The notes under the pieces were generated by a model that made no database searches, was not told the DNA's origin, and saw only the letters and a program-made list of their open reading frames with translations. Position numbers and translations under genes: made by a program. This document shows, in pieces, positions 41,527 to 53,635 of a DNA stretch of 64,000 nucleotides (its first letter is position 1; each line of letters starts with the position of its first letter). Origin of the DNA: an uncultured Verrucomicrobiae bacterium. Lineage in GTDB: Bacteria > Verrucomicrobiota > Verrucomicrobiia > Chthoniobacterales > UBA10450. The stretch is taken from positions 96,001 to 160,000 of the forward strand of contig CAVSDR010000004.1 of assembly GCA_963726745.1 (NCBI GenBank). Direction: 5' to 3'.

Positions 41527-43557
41527 ATGCGGTTCCGATTTCTCGTCCTCGTCCTGGCGGCGCTTTGCATCCTTCCCGGTTGCAAAAAAAAGAAGCACCC
41601 CGGAGTCGAAATCGTCCTGAGCGAAGCCGCCACCTCCGTCTGGGACGACAACCTCACCGTCGGCACGCAGTTCGAACTCCGGAACGCCAGCGGGCACCCG
41701 GCCGGGCAACTCCGCATCACCGGCATCGAGGTGGAAGGCGGCACCTACGCGGGACCGGCCAGCCTGCCCACTAACTCGTTAGGCGATCTCCCCGCCGGCG
41801 GCTCGGTGCGCTTCGATGCCTTGTTAAAGATCGCCGGAGCGGATGGCAGCGCTCATCTCCTCACGGTCGCCGGGAATTATCGCGCCGAAGGCAAGGAGCA
41901 CGCCTTCCGCGCGCAACGCCCCATCAATCCCGACAACGCGCCGCCTGGCCCCATCCCGCTCCAGACCGGCACGACGGTAAAGCAAGACCCGAAGACCGTC
42001 CCCTATCCCACCGTCTCGCCCGCACCGCCGCCGTTCGGGCCGAACTCGGAGACGCCCGTCTTTGTGCCCATCGGCCCGCCGCGCCAGCTCTTCCCGCCCA
42101 CGCCCACAGGAACGCAGCTCGGCACTTCCGCAGGCGGCGCCGGCGTGCAGATCCCGCGCAATACCACGATGCGAAATGCCGGCACTCCGCCCGACCCAAA
42201 CGCTGCCGCGGCTGCCCCGGACGGAGTGGTCCTGGCGACCTACAACAGCAACATCAGCTACTCCACCAACGGCGGACAGACTTTCATCGATGTAAATCTT
42301 CTCAGTCCGCAGCCGGGTAACCCGGCGCGCACCACCTTTTTCCCGCAGAGCGATGGCGGCTTTTGCTGCGATCAAGTCGTCGTCTATTTGCCCGGCCAGA
42401 ATCTTTTCTTCTGGCTGCTGCAATACAATCCCATTACCGCGTGCGCGACCAATTGCCCGCCCCAGCCCCCACCGGCTGCGCCTGCCACTTTCCGGATCAC
42501 GCAGACCTCGCGCCTGCGCATCGCCTGGGCGACCCCGGCCGCGGTGGCCGCAGATTTCTGGAACGCCTGGCGCTTCGTCGATCTCACCGGCACCGCCCTC
42601 GGCACGACCAATGCCGAGTGGCTCGACTACCCCGACCTCGCCTTTTCCGACACCTTCCTCTACGTCGGGATCGACCATGGCTTCACCACTCCCGGCCGGG
42701 TCTACACCGGCCGCCGGATCATCGCGCGGATGAGCCTGGCGGATTTCGTGAACCCTGCTGCCGGCAGCATTGGTTTCGGCTTCGCCGAACTCACCGGCTC
42801 CAATGGCTTGAACAAAACGCATTTCATCCAGGGCGCGCCCGGCCGCATGGTCGTCGGCTCGCTCGACGATTCCAGCACGCTGCGCGTTTTCACCTGCCCG
42901 GATAACGAAAACGCCGTCACGCCGACGACCGTTAAAATCAGTCAAATTCCTCAGGGCACGAACTACACCTCGACCGCGCCCGATGGCGCCGATTGGCTCG
43001 CAGTTTCCTTCCCGGGCAACATCACCGGCGGCGTTTTTCGGCGCGTCATTCCCGGTCTCAACCAAGGCTCGCGCGACGAATACCTCTTCGCCTTTGATGC
43101 CGGGGCGAACAGCGGCGGCGGCCGCCCGCGCGCCTACTTGCGACTCGAGACGCTCACGCCCGATGGGAGCAAATACAAAGCGATCGCAGAGTACGACGTG
43201 TGGAATAACGACTACGCCTACGCCATGGGCGGGCTCGGCACCGACGGCAGCCAGATCGGGATCACCCTCGCGGTCGGCGGCGGGACGATCGGCTTCCCGC
43301 AATTTGCCGTCGGCTACAAGGATGATTTCGTCGTCTACCAGGTGACGAACAGCAACGCGACCCAGACGACGCGCTTCGGAGATTACGTCTGCAATCGCCC
43401 CGTCGCTGGCGGGACCTTGTTCGCCACCGAGGTCTACGATGTAGTGCTAAATCCGCTCCCGCCCGGGACCACCAGCGGCACCTGCGCCACCATCGGCTGC
43501 AGCGCGAACATGCGCTTCGTGGAATACGGCCGGCCGCCCGCTCCACCCATCCGGTAG
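41527..43557 (+). CDS. Hypothetical lipoprotein (probable beta-propeller)
   Basis: Lipobox ILPG-C followed by KKKK; PPDP, CCDQVV, DYPDLA, RFGDY blocks; GGAGG RBS. Confidence 0.75.
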   Translation: MRFRFLVLVLAALCILPGCKKKKHPGVEIVLSEAATSVWDDNLTVGTQFELRNASGHPAGQLRITGIEVEGGTYAGPASLPTNSLGDLPAGGSVRFDALLKIAGADGSAHLLTVAGNYRAEGKEHAFRAQRPINPDNAPPGPIPLQTGTTVKQDPKTVPYPTVSPAPPPFGPNSETPVFVPIGPPRQLFPPTPTGTQLGTSAGGAGVQIPRNTTMRNAGTPPDPNAAAAAPDGVVLATYNSNISYSTNGGQTFIDVNLLSPQPGNPARTTFFPQSDGGFCCDQVVVYLPGQNLFFWLLQYNPITACATNCPPQPPPAAPATFRITQTSRLRIAWATPAAVAADFWNAWRFVDLTGTALGTTNAEWLDYPDLAFSDTFLYVGIDHGFTTPGRVYTGRRIIARMSLADFVNPAAGSIGFGFAELTGSNGLNKTHFIQGAPGRMVVGSLDDSSTLRVFTCPDNENAVTPTTVKISQIPQGTNYTSTAPDGADWLAVSFPGNITGGVFRRVIPGLNQGSRDEYLFAFDAGANSGGGRPRAYLRLETLTPDGSKYKAIAEYDVWNNDYAYAMGGLGTDGSQIGITLAVGGGTIGFPQFAVGYKDDFVVYQVTNSNATQTTRFGDYVCNRPVAGGTLFATEVYDVVLNPLPPGTTSGTCATIGCSANMRFVEYGRPPAPPIR

Positions 43558-43607
43558 GCGCTTTCCCCGCTCGACTTTCGGCCGCGCCTAACGATACCTT
43601 TCGGGAC

Positions 43608-43928
43608 GTGCGCGCGCGCTGCCTTGCCCTGCTCCTCACTGCGCTCCTCGTCCTGCCCTCCAGCGGTGCCGATCGCAGCGTGGCCCCGATCGTCTCGCGG
43701 ATGGAGCGCCTGCCGGTGGACTCGAGCGCACTCGCCGCTGTGGGCTACAGCCATCGCTTGCATGCGCTTGAGATCGAGTTCCGCGATGGCTTGATCTACC
43801 GCTACCTCGGCGTGCCCGCCTCGCTCCACCAGGCGCTCATGCAGGCGGAGTCGAAGGCGCAATTTTACAACCGAAAGGTGCGCGGCCGTTATCGCTGCCT
43901 GCGCGTCCGGCCGCCGGAAACGCCATGA
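43608..43928 (+). CDS. KTSC domain protein
   Basis: VDSSALAAVGY, LEIEFRDGLIYRYLGVP, SKAQFYN. Confidence 0.88.
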   Translation: MRARCLALLLTALLVLPSSGADRSVAPIVSRMERLPVDSSALAAVGYSHRLHALEIEFRDGLIYRYLGVPASLHQALMQAESKAQFYNRKVRGRYRCLRVRPPETP

Positions 43929-44200
43929 AGCGACCGGTGCCGCGCCGCCAGATCTTCGTGCTCACGCCCGAGGAAAAGAAGGTGGTCGCCTGCGTGCTCG
44001 CGGCCTTTTGCCTGGGCCTCGCGACTCAGCACTACCGCCGCACGCATCCGCGCCCGCCGCCGCCGCTGAGCGCGCGTGAGCAATACGTCGCGCAGAAAAA
44101 TGCCCGGGCCACTGCTGCCCGCGCGCGTTCCGCGCGGGGCCAGGCGGCGGCGAAATTGGCTGCGCGCCCGCCCGCGCCGGAGGAAGAAGATGCTGACTAA
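43925..44200 (+). CDS. Small hypothetical membrane protein
   Basis: FVLTPEEKK followed by one TM; ATGA overlap with the KTSC gene. Confidence 0.6.
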   Translation: MKRPVPRRQIFVLTPEEKKVVACVLAAFCLGLATQHYRRTHPRPPPPLSAREQYVAQKNARATAARARSARGQAAAKLAARPPAPEEEDAD

Positions 44201-44252
44201 ATTCCTCGCCGCGACCGCCTGACTTCCCGCGGAAAACGCGCTATCTCCTCGG

Positions 44253-45293
44253 GTGGCGCGACCAACAGCCGACCAGATGTTCATGCGCGCCGCCTTGCGC
44301 GAAGCCGCCAAAGGCGCCGGTCTAACGAGTCCTAATCCCGCGGTCGGCGCGGTTTTGGTGCACCAGGGAAAGATCGTCGCGCGCGGGCATCATCGCGGCC
44401 GCGGCACGCCCCACGCAGAGATCGCCTGCCTGGAAAAATTCGGGCGCGCGCTGCCCGCCGCGGCCACGCTTTACGTGACGCTCGAACCTTGCTCGACGGT
44501 CGGCCGCACGCCCGCCTGCACCACCGCGCTGCAACGCGCCGGCCTGCGCCGGTTGGTCGTGGGCGCGGTCGACGTCAACCCCGCGCACGCGGGACGCGGG
44601 CTGGAGATTCTGCGACGCGCGGGCGTCGAGGTGGTCGCGGGGGTGCTCGCGGAGGAATGCGCCGCGCTGAACGAAGCCTTCAACAAATGGATCGTCACCC
44701 GACGGCCGTTTGTCATTGCCAAGTGCGGCCTCAGTCTCGACGGCCGGCTCACCCGCCCGCCGGCCGATCCGCGCTGGCTCACGAGCGCGGCGGCGCGCGC
44801 GCAGGCCAACGCTTTTCGCGCGCAAGTAGACAGCATTCTCATCGGCGCGCGCACCCTGCGGGCGGACAATCCCCGCCTGACCGCGCGCGGCCGGCCGGGC
44901 GCGCGCCAGCCGTGGCGCGTGGTCCTGACGCGCTCGGGAAATCTTCCGCGCGCGTCGCATCTCTTCACCGACCAATTTGCCAGCCGCACGCTGGTCTACC
45001 ACGACCAGCCGCTGGCCGCGGTCCTGGACTCGTTAGGCGATCGCGAAATTACCAGCGTCCTCCTGGAAGGCGGCGGCGATATTCTCAGCCAGGCTTTGGA
45101 TGAGCGCCTGCTCGACCGGGTGCACCTCTACTTTGCGCCAGTGCTCGTGGGCGGGCCGGTGGTCGCGTTTGCCGGCCGCGGCGCGGCGGCCACGCTCGAC
45201 GGTGTGCGCCTGCGCGATTTGCACTTCGCGCAGATCGGTGATGATATCTTTCTCAATGCGCGCGCGGATTATTCCGCCACGGGAAACGAATAA
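44253..45293 (+). CDS. ribD: Riboflavin biosynthesis deaminase/reductase
   Basis: PNPAVGAV, HAE, TLEPC...PAC, SLDG, LLEGGG. Confidence 0.95.
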   Translation: MARPTADQMFMRAALREAAKGAGLTSPNPAVGAVLVHQGKIVARGHHRGRGTPHAEIACLEKFGRALPAAATLYVTLEPCSTVGRTPACTTALQRAGLRRLVVGAVDVNPAHAGRGLEILRRAGVEVVAGVLAEECAALNEAFNKWIVTRRPFVIAKCGLSLDGRLTRPPADPRWLTSAAARAQANAFRAQVDSILIGARTLRADNPRLTARGRPGARQPWRVVLTRSGNLPRASHLFTDQFASRTLVYHDQPLAAVLDSLGDREITSVLLEGGGDILSQALDERLLDRVHLYFAPVLVGGPVVAFAGRGAAATLDGVRLRDLHFAQIGDDIFLNARADYSATGNE

Positions 45294-45361
45294 TTAAGCG
45301 CAACCTGCCGTCTTAATTTCAGTTCAATCATCAGCAGCAACCAAAGGAGGAAAGACCAGAT

Positions 45362-45682
45362 ATGAATTGGAAAAAACTTCTCATCATTGCCGTGATCGCA
45401 GGCGGCTTCGCTTTCGCCGCGGCTCCGCGCTCGGAGGCTGGCTTGTCGGTCGGCATCGGCGTGGGCGTGCCTGTGGGTTACGGGTATGGATACAGCGGCG
45501 GCTATTACGGCGGCTACGGATACCCAGAGCGGGTTTACTATCCCGGGTCGGCCTACGGCTATGCGCCTTACGGGGGCTATTATGCGCCCGGCTACGTGCG
45601 GGTGGTCGTGCGGCCGCACTATCACTGGCGGAATCATCACCGCGTCTATTGCACCACGCGGCACGGCCGCGGGTGGCGCTAA
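45362..45682 (+). CDS. Small secreted Gly/Tyr-rich protein
   Basis: AGGAGG upstream, signal peptide, GY-rich body, own terminator. Confidence 0.8.
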   Translation: MNWKKLLIIAVIAGGFAFAAAPRSEAGLSVGIGVGVPVGYGYGYSGGYYGGYGYPERVYYPGSAYGYAPYGGYYAPGYVRVVVRPHYHWRNHHRVYCTTRHGRGWR

Positions 45683-45697
45683 GCGGAGATCGCCCAG

Positions 45698-45729
45698 AAA
45701 AACCGATCGGGAAACCGGTCGGTTTTTTT
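45698..45729. terminator. Bidirectional intrinsic terminator
   Basis: AAAAA-CCGATCGG-GAAA-CCGGTCGG-TTTTTTT between convergent genes. Confidence 0.85.
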
Positions 45730-45733
45730 GTGC

Positions 45734-46195
45734 CTACTTCGCGGGGGAAGCAGCGGGAGCCGGCTGGCTAAATTGCTGCTTCAAGCGCTCGATCACCGGG
45801 AGCAATTCCTTCTCCCGTCGTTCTTGCATTTCCTGGCGCAGCGCGCGGTCGATCCGGCGCCGTTCCTGCAAGTAAGCGCGCTGGAATTGCTGCCGCTGCT
45901 CGCCCTCCAGTAGCAGGCCCGCGGCCCGCATGGCGTCGTCTATTTCCGCGCGCATCCGTTCGCGGCGAAAATCCTCCCGGAAGCGCAGTTTCTGCCGCTC
46001 TTCCGGCGCCAGCTTGATCCAGCGCTGCATGTTCGCCTTAAACTCCTGGCGCTCTTCCGGCGACATGTTCCGCCAGCGCTCGCGGATCGGCCGTGCCTCC
46101 GGCGTGCTCGCCGCTGGCGACCCTGCCGGGGTCTGCCCGGAGGCGGCCGAGACCAGGTAAAAGCTCGCCGCTAGAGCGAGACCGAATCGTCCCAT
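45734..46195 (-). CDS. DUF3106-like periplasmic helical protein
   Basis: Signal peptide; RWRNMSPEER and RWIKLAPEER repeats. Confidence 0.7.
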   Translation of the reverse strand: MGRFGLALAASFYLVSAASGQTPAGSPAASTPEARPIRERWRNMSPEERQEFKANMQRWIKLAPEERQKLRFREDFRRERMRAEIDDAMRAAGLLLEGEQRQQFQRAYLQERRRIDRALRQEMQERREKELLPVIERLKQQFSQPAPAASPAK

Positions 46196-46527
46196 AAGGA
46201 GTCGTCCTCCATCGCGAAGAGGTCATCCAGGTCGGCCACGACTTCGTAATCCTGCGGATCGACCGCGGCGACCAGAGCGGGCGGAATTTCCGCGATGGCA
46301 GGCGATTTCGCCTCGTGGAAAAGCGAGAGTGCGCCCACGAACAGGACCAGCGCGGAGGCGGAGATCGGGGCGAGCGCACGCGGCCGCAGCCAGCGCTTCC
46401 AAAAAGAGCCAGCACTTTCAGCCGTGCGGATAGAGCGGAGGACGTTGCGCGCGAAAAAGGGCGAAACGCCGGGCGCTTTTGCCTGGCCCAGCAAGTCCCA
46501 CAGTGGCTCGTCTTCTTCGCGTTTCAT
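46171..46527 (-). CDS. Single-TM hypothetical protein, anti-sigma-like layout
   Basis: LWDLLG...SPFFARNVL, TM, acidic C-terminus VVADLDDL. Confidence 0.65.
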   Translation of the reverse strand: MKREEDEPLWDLLGQAKAPGVSPFFARNVLRSIRTAESAGSFWKRWLRPRALAPISASALVLFVGALSLFHEAKSPAIAEIPPALVAAVDPQDYEVVADLDDLFAMEDDSLWDDSVSL

Positions 46528-46577
46528 GCTTTCGGGAGATTCAACTTCCCGGCGCCGCAAAAGTTGCGCCGACGTCG

Positions 46578-48416
<1,839 letters not shown>

Positions 48417-48486
48417 AGGTTACGGTGGAGGAAAGTGCTGCCGCGTGCGCCCGGAAATATGCGGTCCCGCCGCCCGATAACGACGG

Positions 48487-50304
48487 CTAATTGTCGAGCA
48501 CGCGGGCAGGCGAAAACGCGGAAAGTTGATCGAGCTGTGCCTTCAGGTCAACAACTTGTTTCTGCAGTTGCGTCAGTTCCCCGGCACTGAGCTGCGGGAT
48601 GTGCATCCGGCCTTCCGCGATCTGCAATTGCCGCCGCACCGCGGCGCGTTTCAAGCCGCTCCACCAGTCGCGCGCCACGCCCGCGGCATTCGGCGGCACC
48701 TTCTGCAGGAGCCAGCCGGAGATGAGCTGTTCCTTCCCCGGCGCGACCTGCGTCATGAAAACATTAAGCGAGGCCGGATCGTCCGGGCGCACGTCCGCCG
48801 CGAGGATTTCCGCGAGCAATTCCGCGTCCGGCGTTTGCCCGAGGACCTCGCGCCAGTTCTCCTCCTGGAGGAAAGCGCGCGCCTCCGCATCGCGCAGCGC
48901 CAGCAGGCAAAGCAGCGCGATCTCGTGCCGCGGTGCGGGCGCCGGGAGCATGCGCGCCCGCTCCACCTCCGGGCGGTAGCGCTCGCGCGCCGGACGCGTA
49001 AGCAGCGCCTGGAATTCCCGCGCGGCCACGCCGATGCGCGCGCTCACTTTGCTGGCAATTTCGTCGCGCATGATCGGGTTTTGGATCCGCGCCACGGTGT
49101 CGGCTAATTTCCGCGCGAGCTGCATCTTCGCGCCCAAGGAATCGAGATCGCTCGCGGCTGCTTCCCGTTCGATCCAGTAATCGAAAAAATCGCGCGCCGT
49201 CTGGATGCGCTGCTCGAAGGCCTCGCGGCCCTGCTTGCGCACGATCGAGTCCGGATCCTCGCCCGCGGGCATCTCCGCGATGCGCACGATCAAGTCGTTA
49301 GCCAGCAAGCTCTCGAGCGAGCGCTCGGCCGCCTTTTGCCCGGCGGCATCGGCGTCGAAACACAGGATCACCTCCTGGACAAACCGCTTCAGGATGCGCG
49401 CCTGTTGCTCGGTGAAAGCGGTCCCCTGCGGCGCGACCACGTTAGTGATTCCAGCCTCGAAGAGCGTGATCAAATCGAGCTGCCCTTCGCAGACGATCGC
49501 AGCGCTCGCATCGATGAGCGCGCGCTTCGACTTGTGCAGCCCAAAGAGGACCGAGCCCTTGCGAAAAAGCGGCGTTTCCGGCGAGTTGAGATACTTTGCG
49601 CCTTCGTTCTCTTTCACCAGCACGCGCCCGCTAAAGGCGATCACTTCGCCGGTGTCGTTGCAGATCGGGAACATGATCCGGCCGCGGAAACGATCGTAGA
49701 CTTCAGACTCGTTAGGCCGCTCCTCGTCGCGTGGCTTGACCAGCCCGCTCTGGAGAATCTGCCCGCGGCGATAGCCCGCATCGAGCGCCCAGCGCAGGCA
49801 GGCCTCCCATTCGTTAGGGGCGTAGCCCAGCTGCCAGTTCTTCGCGATCCGCGCATCGATCCCGCGCTGCTTGAGATACTCGCGCGCAGGCGCGGCCCAC
49901 TCGCGCTTAAGCAGGTTTTCCTGGAACCACTCGGCCGCATCTGCATGGAGCGCGAGCAGGGTCCGGCGGATGTCGTGCTGCCGGTCGTCCTCGACACTGA
50001 AGCTGCGCTCCTCGATCACCGGAATGCCGACGCGCGCCGCCAGCTTTTTCACCGCGCTCGGGAAATCGAGATGCTCGTAATCCATCACGAAGCGAAAGAC
50101 GCTCCCGCCTGCACCGCAGCCGAAGCAATGGAACGATTGCCGTTGCGGGCTGACGCTGAAGGAAGGCGACTTCTCCTGGTGAAACGGACAGAGCGCCTTG
50201 AAGCTGGCGCCCGCGCGCTTCAGGGGAAAATACGAGCCGATGACCTCGACGATGTCATTCGCCGCTGCTACCTGCTCGATCGTTTGTGTGGGAATGCTGC
50301 CCAT
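48487..50304 (-). CDS. dnaG: DNA primase
   Basis: CPFH...CFGC zinc finger, KYLNSPET, EGQLD, CFDADAAG Toprim. Confidence 0.97.
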   Translation of the reverse strand: MGSIPTQTIEQVAAANDIVEVIGSYFPLKRAGASFKALCPFHQEKSPSFSVSPQRQSFHCFGCGAGGSVFRFVMDYEHLDFPSAVKKLAARVGIPVIEERSFSVEDDRQHDIRRTLLALHADAAEWFQENLLKREWAAPAREYLKQRGIDARIAKNWQLGYAPNEWEACLRWALDAGYRRGQILQSGLVKPRDEERPNESEVYDRFRGRIMFPICNDTGEVIAFSGRVLVKENEGAKYLNSPETPLFRKGSVLFGLHKSKRALIDASAAIVCEGQLDLITLFEAGITNVVAPQGTAFTEQQARILKRFVQEVILCFDADAAGQKAAERSLESLLANDLIVRIAEMPAGEDPDSIVRKQGREAFEQRIQTARDFFDYWIEREAAASDLDSLGAKMQLARKLADTVARIQNPIMRDEIASKVSARIGVAAREFQALLTRPARERYRPEVERARMLPAPAPRHEIALLCLLALRDAEARAFLQEENWREVLGQTPDAELLAEILAADVRPDDPASLNVFMTQVAPGKEQLISGWLLQKVPPNAAGVARDWWSGLKRAAVRRQLQIAEGRMHIPQLSAGELTQLQKQVVDLKAQLDQLSAFSPARVLDN

Positions 50305-50490
50305 GGTTGGCCGCGGGCAAAATAGAGCGCGCCCGCTCTCCCGCCAACGCCGAGATGCACCAAGGCGTCGGCAATTTAGCCGACGACTTCAAAGGTGGGC
50401 CGGCCCTCAGTGACGACGCGGGGCCTTGGCCATGGCTCCCCGGCCCGAACCACGCCCGTGGAGATTCCCACGGACGTGGTGCGAGTGCCG

Positions 50491-52640
50491 TTAGCGCTGC
50501 GAATCGAGTTTCTGGACCGGAGGCGCGGGCGGGCAGTCGCCCTCGGCGTCGCCGTGATCCAAGTGGCGCCGCAACTCCAGGCTGCTGCACTGGAAGACGA
50601 GCGTCTGGGTCCGCTTGTGACAAACCGAGCAGTTCACCGGCGGCGTGGGTGAAGGAGTCGGAGTCGGAGTCGGAGTCGGAGTCGGAGTCGGAGTCGGAGT
50701 CGGAGTCGGAGTCGGAGTCGGAGTCGGAGTCGGAGTCGGACGTTGGCGTCGGCGTTGGCGTTGGCGTTGGCGTTGGCGTTGGCGTTGGCGTTGGCGTTGG
50801 CGTTGGCGTTGGCGTTGGCGTTGGCGTTGGCGTTGGCGTTGGCGTTGGCGTTGGCGTCGGCTGTCCGCTCCACGGAGCCCTTTTCGCAGGCCGCTTCCTG
50901 CGGGCGCGTGACGGCGTTCTGCGAGGTCGTGATCACCGTCCCGCAGTCGTTCGTGCCCCCTGGGATGGCGTTCACCACCGGACTCATCGGGTTGGGTTGA
51001 TGCGTCAGGGTGCTTCCGCCGTTGTTGGCCAGCGGCCCGAGTTGCGGGTCGGTGCCGGTGAAGTCGTTCGCTAGGGCGACGAAGGTGCCGCCCGAAGTGT
51101 TCTCGACGTGATTGAAGTCCTGCGACGTGATCGTGCCGGCAATGTCCGGCCCGGAAGTTCCGGCGGTGTTGTCGGCCACGATGCTGTTCTTCAGGTTCGT
51201 CGTTCCATTGGCGTCCTGGAAAAGGCCGCCGCCGGTGGTGCCCGCGGTGTTGGAAGCGATCGTCGAGAAGTTCGAGGTAAGCGTCGCCGCCGTTCCGCTG
51301 TTGTAAACGCCGGCACCGTTGTTGGCGCCGTTCCCGCTCACGGTGGAGTTCGTCAGGTTCACCGCACCGAGTCCAGTGGAGACGGCGAAGTTCTCCACCC
51401 CGCCGCCCAGACTGGTCGGCGAACTCACCGAGTTCCCGCTGATCGTGGAACGGGTGATGGTGGTCGTCGCGTTAAAGGTGGCCCCGGAGATGTTCACCAC
51501 CCCGCCGCCTTCACCGACGGCGGTATTCCCGCCCACCGTGCTATTAGTGATCGTAGTCGTCGCCGCCGCCGTCGTCGAAGCGAGCGTCCGGATGCCGCCG
51601 TGGAAGTGGCTGGCCGAGTTGCCGGAGACGGTGGAATTGCTGATCGAGACCGTGGCCTGCTGATTGTAAATGGCACCCGCGAAACCCGAGCCGGCGCCTG
51701 CGGTCACGGTGGAGGAATTCCCGGTCACCGTGCTGCCGGTGATTGTCGTTGTGCCGGCGGTCACGTGCACCCCGCCGCTGAAAGTGTTCGTACCCGAACT
51801 GGTGACGGAGTTCCCGGTGATCGCCGAGTCGGTGATATTCAAGGTCCCGATCGACGAGATGCCGCCGCCGCTGACAGACACGGTCGTGCTCGTATTCGAA
51901 CCGGCATTGCCGGAAACCGTCGAATTATTGAGCGCGATCGTGGCCACGCTATTGCCCATGATTCCGGCGCCGGTCGAACTGCCGGCGGCTGTTCCCCCGG
52001 CGGTGTTATTCGAAACCGTGCAGTTGTTCAGCGTGGTGGTCGAGCCGGTCGCGCCGGAAACCGCGATGCCGCCGCCGCTGGTCCCGTCGTCGTTCTCGGT
52101 AATGACACAACGGTTCAGGGTCAGGTTTGCAGCTCCCGCATCCACGCGGATGCCCGCCCCGAAAGTCCCGGCAGCGGTGGTGTAGCGGCCATACCGCACC
52201 GTGAGGTCATTCAAAACGGCGGTCGTCCCTGGCGAAACAAAGCGGACGTGGAAGACGCGCTCGACCGCGACACCGCGGCTGGTGGCCGCCTGGACGATGG
52301 TGGTCGCAGACCCGGCACCGTTAATCGTGATGTCCGAGTTGATGTCTAAATCGCCACTGGCGTTCGCGTTCTCGCCGGCTGCGGCCAGAGTGGTGGTGTA
52401 GGTTCCCGCCGGGAGAGTGATGATGTCAGCGCCAGCCAGGGCATTCGCCTCGGTGATCGCGGCTCGCAGGGTGCAGGTGCCCGTGCTCGTCGCGCACATG
52501 CCGTCGCCCGGGGCGGCATCGTTCGCGTCGTTGGTATCGTTAACCACAAAGGTCGCGGCGTGCGCGCCGGTCAACGCGAGGAGGGAGATTCCCAGGGTGA
52601 CGGCTCCCCGGAAGGTGTGGTGAAGTTTCTTTGGGCTCAT
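50491..52640 (-). CDS. Secreted CSLREA / beta-helix protein with a Pro-Thr linker and a small Cys/His C-terminal domain (+1 frameshifts near 50864 and 50740)
   Basis: Signal peptide, CTLRAAITEAN, ISGN/NSTVSGN repeats, DPQLGPLANNGG; reframed tail reads (PT)n-PSPTPPVNCSVCHKRTQTL...RRHLDHGDAEGDCPP...QR*. Confidence 0.8.
50654..50860 (-). repeat. Two adjacent hexamer microsatellites coding a Pro-Thr linker
   Basis: (GGAGTC)x14 at 50654-50737 and (GGCGTT)x17 at 50751-50852; the minus strand reads CCGACT and CCAACG = PT. Confidence 0.9.
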
Positions 52641-52977
52641 GGGTGTTTGTGGTGGGTGGGTTGGGGGCTGCAGGAACGGCCACATGAGCCGTCAGGGGGG
52701 CGGAGAGTGAATGAATGCGAACGAATTGTCAGCAATAATCTCCAGACAAGGTGAACGTCACCATACCGGCGAGGGCCGCATTCAGGGAAGAAGACGCACC
52801 CGCAGGAACAGGCCAGGACTGCCGCTGGTCGTGGCGGAAATCTGCGCGGGGCCAGCGCTGCTCGCGGTCAAGTCGCTCGCTGCGCCCGTGGCCGACCAAT
52901 GGGGCGTAGCCGGCAGCTCGGGAAATCCAAACCGTTCACATCAGCCATCCCCACGGCGATCCCCCGTATCGTCGATT

Positions 52978-53172
52978 TCATAAGCCCCGCCCGACCGAAC
53001 CCGTTGTCTCGCCGTTAAGTCCGCCCAGGTCCTTGTTCTTCGAGCCCGTGCCGCTAAAGCGCACCGGGTGCAGATTCGCGTTCCCCGCATCGAAAGCATA
53101 GCCGACCACCTGGCCAGAGTGATTCATCGCCGTCGCCGCCGCGATCGTCCCACCTCACGTCCCCAGATCCGT
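52978..53172 (-). pseudogene. Remnant of an HAF-family extracellular repeat gene
   Basis: Manual translation: TDLGT*GGTIAAATAMNHSGQVVGYAFDAGNANLHPVRFSGTGSKNKDLGGL; internal stop, no start. Confidence 0.65.
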
Positions 53173-53593
53173 CGCCAAGGGATACCTCGCCCGCTCCCGC
53201 CGCCCGTCCCGGAGCGGAGATGTTTTAAGCCAAAACCAACCCACCGACCCAGCGCCGCGTCCGATTCTTTCTTGGTAAGACTTGGGTGATCATGGGCGGA
53301 TGCCCCCGGGAAGTGTCCACCCGCGATAGGCCCGCTTACCAAAGTCGCCGCCGCCCGCGGCCGAGCATTGTCCCGCCCGCCACGCTCAAGGAAAAAATCC
53401 TCGCCTTTGAAACCGGGATTCACCTAATACCCGTTAGTCGGCTGAAGCGCGCCACCTCACCCACGCAGCCAATATACAGGCGGATGAAGATACCTCCACC
53501 CCTCGTCGCTTCGACTGCCCTTATGCTTACCCCTCGACGCCTCTTTCGCCTTCCACTCCTGCCCGTGATAGGTGTAAAAAATTACGCCTTTGA

Positions 53594-53623
53594 AGACGTA
53601 GTTACGTCTAATTCTCGTTAGGT
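53594..53623 (+). other. attI-like integron recombination site (first cassette boundary)
   Basis: AGACGTAGTTACGTCTAATTCTC-GTTAGGT: a GTTRRRY core preceded by a GTCTAAT L-like box, with no attC stem upstream. Confidence 0.55.
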
Positions 53624-53635
53624 CTCAACCGCGCC

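Noticed and set aside
50449..50480. Hairpin after the CSLREA stop as a terminator
   Set aside because: A stem is present (ACCACG-CCGTGG / CCACGG-CGTGGT) but no U-tract, so it was not called.
50286..51074. ORFs with poly-ES/GV, WR, AL or AN/RL repeats
   Set aside because: Off-frame or antisense readings of the Pro-Thr linker microsatellite of the CSLREA gene.
52700..53600. Integron integrase gene upstream of the cassettes
   Set aside because: No long ORF and no tyrosine-recombinase motifs; only short spurious ORFs and an HAF-repeat remnant.
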